Below, in pieces: positions 57,609 through 64,000 of a stretch of DNA of 64,000 nucleotides. Position 1 is the stretch's first letter. Each line of letters opens with the position of its first letter. The notes under the pieces were generated by a model. The model was not told the DNA's origin. It made no database searches and saw nothing but the letters and a program-made list of their open reading frames with translations. Both the position numbers and the translations under genes were made by a program. This DNA is from an uncultured bacterium (GTDB lineage: Bacteria; Hydrothermota; UBA3073; NMUJ01; CBEVQO01), in NCBI GenBank assembly GCA_965552055.1, contig CBEVQO010000002.1:96001-160000 (forward strand), in the 5' to 3' direction.

Positions 57609-57863
57609 TCAAAGTAATTTCTTCTTTTCCTTAATTAATTCCTTAACTCGCTCAAATGCTTCTTTTTCGTTATAAACTTTGCCCTTCTTTAAGCCTTCTA
57701 AGGCAATCTCAATTCCAGCCTGTTCGTCAAGATAATACTTAATAGCACGCCTTATTATATCTCCTCTGCTCCTCTCCAGCTCCTCGGCTACTTCGTCAAT
57801 TAATCCCAAATATTCCTCGGGTATCTTAAAAGATACCGTCACCATCTTACCCTCTTTGCGCAT
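57609..57863 (-). CDS. Ribbon-helix-helix (CopG-like) protein, antitoxin-like
   Basis: TVSFKIPE..IDEVA..RSRGDIIRRAIKYYL. Confidence 0.8.
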   Translation of the reverse strand: MRKEGKMVTVSFKIPEEYLGLIDEVAEELERSRGDIIRRAIKYYLDEQAGIEIALEGLKKGKVYNEKEAFERVKELIKEKKKLL

Positions 57864-59016
57864 AACACCCTCCTTGTAATACTTTACAGGGATTTATTTT
57901 CATACTCCTTATTTTCACAATTTTACCAGAATTCAGATAAACTTTGGGAACCCTGCGGGTAAAACCAGTGGTTATCTCATAGTTAATGGTTTCTGCATGA
58001 GAAGCAACTTCTTCTACAGGTATTTTCTTTCCATTATATTCTCCTATCAAAATAGCAACATCCCCCTCTTTAACCTTAATATTTGTAACATCAACCATGA
58101 ACAAATCCATACAAACTCTACCAACTATTTTCGCATATTCACCATTTATTATAACTCTGCCACGATTGGATAAAAGACGGGGATAACCATCACCATACCC
58201 AGCAGATACAACAGCTATACGCATATCATGGGAAGCAAAAAATGTCCTTCCATAACTAACACTTTCACCCTTCTTTAAATCTTTAACCTGAGAAATTTTA
58301 GCCTTGAAACTTAAAACAGGTTTCACAGAAATTTTTTCTTTTAACCTATCATCAGGATATAAGCCATAAAGCAAAATACCGGGACGAACGGCATTAAAAT
58401 AAGACTCTCCTTTCGTCAAAATAGCAGAACTATTCGCACAATGAATAAAAGGAATGTCCAAATCAACAAAATTTAAAATTTCATTAAAGCGCCGTAATTG
58501 AGTATTTACAAAGCCATCTTCTACCTCGGCATCTGCAAAATGAGTGCAAATACCTTCAATAAATATCCTCTTAAATTTTTTGATTTCTTTCCAGAATTTA
58601 TCAAACTCATAATATGGAACACCAAGGCGATGCATACCGGTATCAACCTTTATATGAACCTTGGCACATTTGCCCTGACTCTCTGCTTCTTTCTCTAATC
58701 TATCAATGAAAGAAAGATTATAAGCAACAGTTGAAAAATCATTCTCTATTATCTCTTTTGCAAAATCCCTTTCTTCTGTCATTAATAAAACCTTCTTTGC
58801 AATATCTTTAATTTCGATGGCTTCTTCAATCGTTGCCACAGCAAAAAATCTGCAACCACATTCCGTAAGCGCTGATACACACTCAGGAGCTCCATGACCA
58901 TAGGCATCAGCTTTTACAACTGCTATTATCTCCCTATCACCCACTCTCTCCTTTATCTTTTGATAATTATAACATAAAAAATCCAAATTTATTTCAAGCC
59001 AGTTGCGAAATCTCAT
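57847..59016 (-). CDS. alr: Alanine racemase
   Basis: AVVKADAYGHG, HIKVDTGMHRLG, HCANS, VRPG, GYGDG, GRVCMD, TINYE. Confidence 0.96.
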   Translation of the reverse strand: MRFRNWLEINLDFLCYNYQKIKERVGDREIIAVVKADAYGHGAPECVSALTECGCRFFAVATIEEAIEIKDIAKKVLLMTEERDFAKEIIENDFSTVAYNLSFIDRLEKEAESQGKCAKVHIKVDTGMHRLGVPYYEFDKFWKEIKKFKRIFIEGICTHFADAEVEDGFVNTQLRRFNEILNFVDLDIPFIHCANSSAILTKGESYFNAVRPGILLYGLYPDDRLKEKISVKPVLSFKAKISQVKDLKKGESVSYGRTFFASHDMRIAVVSAGYGDGYPRLLSNRGRVIINGEYAKIVGRVCMDLFMVDVTNIKVKEGDVAILIGEYNGKKIPVEEVASHAETINYEITTGFTRRVPKVYLNSGKIVKIRSMKINPCKVLQGGCYAQRG

Positions 59017-59100
59017 CTTTTATTATAATCTTGCTACAAAAAAGTCAAGATAAACTTCGGAAATTTCTTTTGAAAAATTTGAAAAATTCACCTTTAGAAA

Positions 59101-59150
59101 TGGGTCACGGAGGGCAAGCCCTCCGAAAAAATCTCTGGGTGGGCGGGATA
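59101..59150 (+). other. GC-rich hairpin plus G-rich tract in a divergent intergenic region
   Basis: cggagggc-aa-gccctccg stem followed by gggtgggcggg. Confidence 0.5.
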
Positions 59151-59196
59151 AACAAAATAAAACCTTGACAAAATCATATGGGGAATAAAAATTAAT

Positions 59197-60693
59197 GTGC
59201 GACTATCTTTGAGAAATAAATTGATACTCTTTACAGGAAGCTTGGTTGCAGTAGTTTTCTTTATAACAAGTATCATTGCGATAAAAAGGGAAACCAGAAT
59301 AATAAAAGATAGATTGATAGAAAGAGGCAAAGCTATGTGTCAAACCATTTCTTTATCGAATCTCGATGCCTTCATTTATAAAGATATCGCTTCGATGATG
59401 AAATTACAGGATGCAGTTTCTGCACTCAAAAATCAACCAGATGTTATTTATGCAATGGTCATAGATACTACTTTTTCGGTGCTCGCACATACATCAGCTT
59501 CAATGATAGGTAAACAAAGTCCTGTCCTTCAGGGCAAATTACTATGTCAGGGAGAAAATTTCCAGGTGCTCGAAAGTAAAATAAAAAATGAAAAAAGTTT
59601 TATAATCACTATGGATATCGTAAACCCGGATTACGGAGATAGATATGGAAAAGTGATAGTTGCTCTTTCTCAAAAAAGATTATTAAAAGAAGTTGCAAAA
59701 CTTCGAAACAAAATTTTTTCTTTAAGTATAATAGCAATCGGTGGGACAATTTTTGTATTAATAGTGCTGGCACAATTCATAACAAGACCATTAACGGAAC
59801 TGCGAAAAGGAATAACAGACCTAGCAAAAGGTAATCTCAATGTAAAAATAAAGGTAAATTCAAAAGACGAACTCGGAGAACTCGCCGAATGGTTTAACAA
59901 AATGGTAACCGATTTAAAACAACATATTGAATTTGAAATAAAAGCAAAAAGAGAAGAAGAAAGAATAAAAAGAGAGTTAGATATGGCAAGGATGATTCAA
60001 AGAAACCTTTTACCCAAAATACTTCCAACATTACCCGGCTTCAAAATAGCACAAAAATATTTGCCAGCATACGAAGTTAGTGGAGATTATTTCGATTTCA
60101 TACCCGTAAATAAAGATTGCCTCGGAATAATAATAGCTGATATAATGGGAAAAGGGGTACCAGCTGGTCTTGTTATGACAGAAGTGCGCTCCGCAATACA
60201 TGTATTCGCAAAAGGTGAAACTTCTCCCTTGAAAGTGCTATCAATGCTTAACTCATACATACTGCCGGGAATAACTCAGCCACTATTTGTAACAATGTTT
60301 TATTGCATACTCAATTCAAAAGAAAATATGATAAAATATGTGTCGGCAGGTCATCCGCCACCCGTTGTAGTATCAAACAAAGGTATAAAATTGCTAGAAA
60401 CAAGAGGAATACCAGTAGGAGTGCTGGGAGATGAATTCCAGGAAATGGTAGAAGAAAAAGAAGAAAAAATAGAGAAAGGAGATTTAATAGTGCTTTATAC
60501 AGATGGAATTACAGAAGCTCGAAATAACTCAAATGAACTCTTTGGCAGAGAAAGATTAATCGAAATACTCAAGAAAAATTATGAAGAAAATCCCGAAAAA
60601 ATAGTTGACATAATCACAAATTCAATAAATAAATGGATGGGCGGAAAGCATCAATCTGATGATATTGCTCTGGTGGTGATAAAAAAGGAATGA
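59197..60693 (+). CDS. Membrane HAMP-SpoIIE (PP2C/RsbU-like) phosphatase
   Basis: EVSGDYFDF, IADIMGKG, SAGHPP, LYTDGITEA, SDDIAL. Confidence 0.92.
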   Translation: MRLSLRNKLILFTGSLVAVVFFITSIIAIKRETRIIKDRLIERGKAMCQTISLSNLDAFIYKDIASMMKLQDAVSALKNQPDVIYAMVIDTTFSVLAHTSASMIGKQSPVLQGKLLCQGENFQVLESKIKNEKSFIITMDIVNPDYGDRYGKVIVALSQKRLLKEVAKLRNKIFSLSIIAIGGTIFVLIVLAQFITRPLTELRKGITDLAKGNLNVKIKVNSKDELGELAEWFNKMVTDLKQHIEFEIKAKREEERIKRELDMARMIQRNLLPKILPTLPGFKIAQKYLPAYEVSGDYFDFIPVNKDCLGIIIADIMGKGVPAGLVMTEVRSAIHVFAKGETSPLKVLSMLNSYILPGITQPLFVTMFYCILNSKENMIKYVSAGHPPPVVVSNKGIKLLETRGIPVGVLGDEFQEMVEEKEEKIEKGDLIVLYTDGITEARNNSNELFGRERLIEILKKNYEENPEKIVDIITNSINKWMGGKHQSDDIALVVIKKE

Positions 60694-61223
60694 ACGAAAT
60701 AATTTACATATTCTTAATAGCACAGGTAGTAAGAGCACCTGCAAAAGTACAACTATCGGTATTCTCCAGAATATTGCCATTCGAACAAAATCTCGGTAAA
60801 AGAACAGAAAATGATACATTAACAATCTGGCTAATTTACTCAAAAGATGTTAAAGAATCCGTAAAAATGAAAGAAGATTTTTTAAATGCTTTTCATTCGT
60901 TGAAAAATAAGGCAATAGGCGGATATCCATTAAAATGCAGTGAAATCGAGATAAACGATAAAGCCACATTAAACAATATGAAGAAAGGAATAGCTTACAT
61001 CACCGCAATAGGAATAGATAATCTGAATAAAATATTGAAAATAGCAGAGCAAAATAAAATCTTCACCATAACGGGTGAACCGGGATATGTGGAAAAGGGT
61101 GTGGCAATGAGCGTGGTACTGGTTTACAAAAGACCACAGGTATGCCTGAATCTTATGGCTTGTCAAACGGCTGGTGCTAAATTCAATCCTCAAATAATGC
61201 AATTTATAAAAACAATAAAATGA
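60690..61223 (+). CDS. YfiR/DUF4154-family periplasmic protein
   Basis: IFTIT..YVEKGVAMSV..PQVCLNL..AGAKF. Confidence 0.7.
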   Translation: MNEIIYIFLIAQVVRAPAKVQLSVFSRILPFEQNLGKRTENDTLTIWLIYSKDVKESVKMKEDFLNAFHSLKNKAIGGYPLKCSEIEINDKATLNNMKKGIAYITAIGIDNLNKILKIAEQNKIFTITGEPGYVEKGVAMSVVLVYKRPQVCLNLMACQTAGAKFNPQIMQFIKTIK

Positions 61224-62314
61224 TTTTAGCATTTATCTTAAGTGCTACAGTTGCAGGAATAGTGGGAGAAAAAGGAACAGGCATTCTATTATCCAATGCA
61301 TCGATTTATATAAACAATAAACTTGTGGCAAAAAGCGATATAAATGGATTTTTCACATTAACACAGATAGACACAGGCGAATATATCTTCACTGTTAAAT
61401 TAAAAGGTTACAAAGAATTCAGCCAGAAAATAAAAATTAAAGAAGGCATGAATAACATCGTTATCCCACTGGAAAAAATCAAAACAAAATTACCCTATCG
61501 GCTTAAAAGAGTCGCAATCATTATCTCTAAAAAAATAAAGGCATATGAAGAAATGAAAAAGGGATTCGAATCAACCTGTGCAGGAGAATTCGATGAATTT
61601 ACATTGCAAAATGGAAAAATACCAAAATTTAATCCCGAAAAATACGATTTATTATGCGCAATAGGAACGGATGCTGTGAATGCAATTAAAAAATATGAAA
61701 AACCAAAAATATTTATAGGGGTGCTAAATCCTTCAAATGAACTGAAAAAATATAAATTCACAGGAGTAAGTATAAACATAGATTATGGCGAAATAATAAG
61801 AGCAACGAAAAATCTATTGCCTTACATGAAAAAAGTATGCATAATTTACAAAGATATAAATCCTGATTTGATAAAAGAAATCAAAAATGCAAAAGACATT
61901 GTGGGTTTTGAGTTGGTTGAATACAAAGTAAAAGACCTGAAAGAAGCAAAGAAAATTCTTAACAGAATAAATGATATTGATGTTTATGTAATGATGCCCG
62001 ATGAGTTGAATTTATCTTCAAAATATTTTGATTATCTTTTAAAAAAGAGTTATGAAAAAGGTTTTCACATAGTTGGTTTATCTGAGAAATTCGTTGCGAA
62101 GGGTGGGAGCTTTTGTCTGTGGGTCGATATGGAAGATATGGGAAGACAGGCTGGAGAACTTGCAAATGAAATCTTACTGGCAGAAACAAAACCAGAAGAA
62201 TTGCCATTTGAAAAAGTAAGAAAAACCAAATTGATAATAAATTTAAAAACATTCAAAAAATTAAACACAAAAATCCCGGAAATCTTTATTAAGAAAGCAT
62301 ACAAAATTTATTGA
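61220..62314 (+). CDS. Carboxypeptidase-regulatory-like domain fused to an ABC substrate-binding-like domain
   Basis: SDINGFFTL..GEY..KGY; AIGT, TGVS, FVAKG, MGRQAGELA..IL, LIINLK. Confidence 0.72.
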   Translation: MILAFILSATVAGIVGEKGTGILLSNASIYINNKLVAKSDINGFFTLTQIDTGEYIFTVKLKGYKEFSQKIKIKEGMNNIVIPLEKIKTKLPYRLKRVAIIISKKIKAYEEMKKGFESTCAGEFDEFTLQNGKIPKFNPEKYDLLCAIGTDAVNAIKKYEKPKIFIGVLNPSNELKKYKFTGVSINIDYGEIIRATKNLLPYMKKVCIIYKDINPDLIKEIKNAKDIVGFELVEYKVKDLKEAKKILNRINDIDVYVMMPDELNLSSKYFDYLLKKSYEKGFHIVGLSEKFVAKGGSFCLWVDMEDMGRQAGELANEILLAETKPEELPFEKVRKTKLIINLKTFKKLNTKIPEIFIKKAYKIY

Positions 62315-63124
62315 TTATTCAAAAATTATCCTGTTTTTATAATTTTTGACATCAACAGAATCTATGGGTGTAAATTTCTTAATAAAAGCACAAACAGCAT
62401 TTGTGTAAAATCTTCTGGTATCAAACTTCTTTTCGTCAGGCATCTTTTCTATTGCAATGAAATCATCTCCACCGATAAATGCAATATAATCGTTTATAAG
62501 GATATTGTAGGAAGAGTCAGGATGAACTAATTTACCATTTATCTTTATGGAATCTATCCTTTCTCCTTCTCTTATTATTTCAAAACCTGTTGGGTCGATT
62601 TCTTGAGCAGGCTTCAATGTATCGATGAAGACCTGAACATTATATGATACCTGTAAAAAACCACCTTTACCGATACACGCTGCACTACGCTCAAATATGC
62701 TCTTTAACTCACTACCACTTACATTGCGTAATAAAACTATGCGATTGCTGAAAGGCAAAACTCCTTTAACAAAGGAGTCGGTTATCGGAAAGTTCTCCGT
62801 GCGAACAGTACCAGGTGGCAGATAGTCGTGTAACCTTATTCCACCTGAGTTTTGTAATGCACAATCTATCCTCAAAGTATCTTTAAAAATGCTATCATTT
62901 GCATACCATAATACAGCATCACATATAATATCACCCAATAAATTTTCACCTCGTCGGAGTACCTCTCGCCTGCCATCTAACATTGTATCAACAACGATGT
63001 AGCCAAGAATATCACCTCGGGGAACAATTTCACCTGAATACTCAACAACAGGAACAGGTGTCTCCTTACAACATAACACCATTATCAAAAATAATATTAT
63101 CGAAAGCTTAGAACGCATAACCAA
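62315..63124 (-). CDS. Lipoprotein with 5'-nucleotidase C-terminal domain only
   Basis: Lipobox-like VLCC; RRGENLLGDIICDA, NSGGIR, LPFSN, FLQVS, NDYIA.GGD. Confidence 0.8.
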   Translation of the reverse strand: MVMRSKLSIILFLIMVLCCKETPVPVVEYSGEIVPRGDILGYIVVDTMLDGRREVLRRGENLLGDIICDAVLWYANDSIFKDTLRIDCALQNSGGIRLHDYLPPGTVRTENFPITDSFVKGVLPFSNRIVLLRNVSGSELKSIFERSAACIGKGGFLQVSYNVQVFIDTLKPAQEIDPTGFEIIREGERIDSIKINGKLVHPDSSYNILINDYIAFIGGDDFIAIEKMPDEKKFDTRRFYTNAVCAFIKKFTPIDSVDVKNYKNRIIFE

Positions 63125-64000
63125 CCCTTATCAGGAACATACTACCGGGTTGAATTAATCCTTTTTTGCCGAATACATCGATGTTTGATGTCTCAACAGG
63201 GTCAGAATATTTCCGCATAATCTGTAAGTTTATCATACTTATTTTTAAGAATAAATTGTTCATGGAATGCAGGAAAGCGATACCTGTTTCCAGATAAGGA
63301 GGGATGCTTGCAGTATGCAGACGCTCAAGCTCCATCCTCCTGTTGGAAGTAAGGGTATCAAGGTAGTTACCATAATTTATCGTCCACCTTATAATTGTTC
63401 TTTTTCTTATGCGAAAATCAATCCCTGCATTTATTCTCAAACGAGGTATATTACGCAACCAGGTGCCATCCCATGCTTTTATCGCATAAAGATAGGGCTC
63501 ACCAAGTTCCCTATTCCAGTAGAAGACAGAATTAAACAACGAAAGGTTTAAAAATAAACCTGTATTAAAAAGCATACCCCTGAGCTCAAAAGCACCTCCA
63601 TAAGATTTAACATCTCCTATATTTTTGTAATAGCCAAGCTGACCGCCACCATGAGGGTCAAAAGCCCTTATACAGCCAGACAATTCGCTGTAAAATCCGT
63701 TAACCCTTATTTTTAACTTTAAAAGACGATAGGTTATTGAAGCCTCATAAGTCCTTATCAATTCAGGTGATAATGTGCTGTCACCCCATATTGCATCCAC
63801 ACCAGTATTACTCCTGTCATAAAGTTCTTTAAAGGTAGGAGCCCTGAATGCCTGTCCAAACAGCAATTTAATTGAAAGTGGCTTAACAGGAGTAAAAACA
63901 AGACCAACACGGGGATTTATCGGTGATTTTTCGACATCACTGTATTTGTCAAATCTAAAACCAAGAGTCAATCTCATTAGATGTGTTCTGTAACATTTTT
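63108..64000 (-). CDS. TonB-dependent receptor, C-terminal part (truncated by the window edge)
   Basis: LGFRFDKYS, NPRVGL, GQAFRAPTFKELY, LSPE..RTYE, terminal GYAF. Confidence 0.85.
   Translation of the reverse strand, partial: KCYRTHLMRLTLGFRFDKYSDVEKSPINPRVGLVFTPVKPLSIKLLFGQAFRAPTFKELYDRSNTGVDAIWGDSTLSPELIRTYEASITYRLLKLKIRVNGFYSELSGCIRAFDPHGGGQLGYYKNIGDVKSYGGAFELRGMLFNTGLFLNLSLFNSVFYWNRELGEPYLYAIKAWDGTWLRNIPRLRINAGIDFRIRKRTIIRWTINYGNYLDTLTSNRRMELERLHTASIPPYLETGIAFLHSMNNLFLKISMINLQIMRKYSDPVETSNIDVFGKKGLIQPGSMFLIRVGYAF

Noticed and set aside
138..63551. Many short antisense or overlapping ORFs in the track (e.g. 37027-37602, 23624-24058, 15003-15413)
   Set aside because: Shadow ORFs opposite well-supported genes, with no motifs or initiation signals.
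63978..64000. Possible frameshift upstream of the TonB-dependent receptor ATG
   Set aside because: The frame is open to the window edge; there is too little sequence to judge.

Overview
AT-rich bacterial window. Several secreted proteins with T9SS-type C-terminal sorting domains suggest the FCB group or a WOR-3-like lineage (inference). Core genes: nth, a DRG/OBG GTPase, a larA-like gene, rmuC, mnmG, glyQ, sppA, leuS, alr, and signalling genes (three STAS proteins, FIST, an MCP, a SpoIIE phosphatase, YfiR). The main feature is a ~28-kb accessory island (~10.8-38.4 kb), entirely on the minus strand. It encodes a TPR-CHAT caspase-like protease, two ECF sigma/zinc-finger anti-sigma pairs, a 1119-aa LRR protein with hypervariable surface residues, a stand-alone ClpX-like ATPase, two RecD-like helicases (one broken), two MoxR-AAA/vWA-metallopeptidase pairs, a GIY-YIG-like nuclease and an AGOG glycosylase. 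Five copies of a bipartite motif (TGTAAGAAAW-N13-TAAW) lie upstream of island genes and look like the cognate ECF promoter. This suggests a protease-triggered, sigma-controlled defence or conflict regulon without CRISPR. Housekeeping promoters are almost all TTGACA-N15-TAWAAT (15-bp spacer) and often precede apparently leaderless genes. A structured intergenic repeat family occurs three times. No rRNA, tRNA, CRISPR array, integrase or transposase was recognised. Family names come from motif recognition, not database searches.
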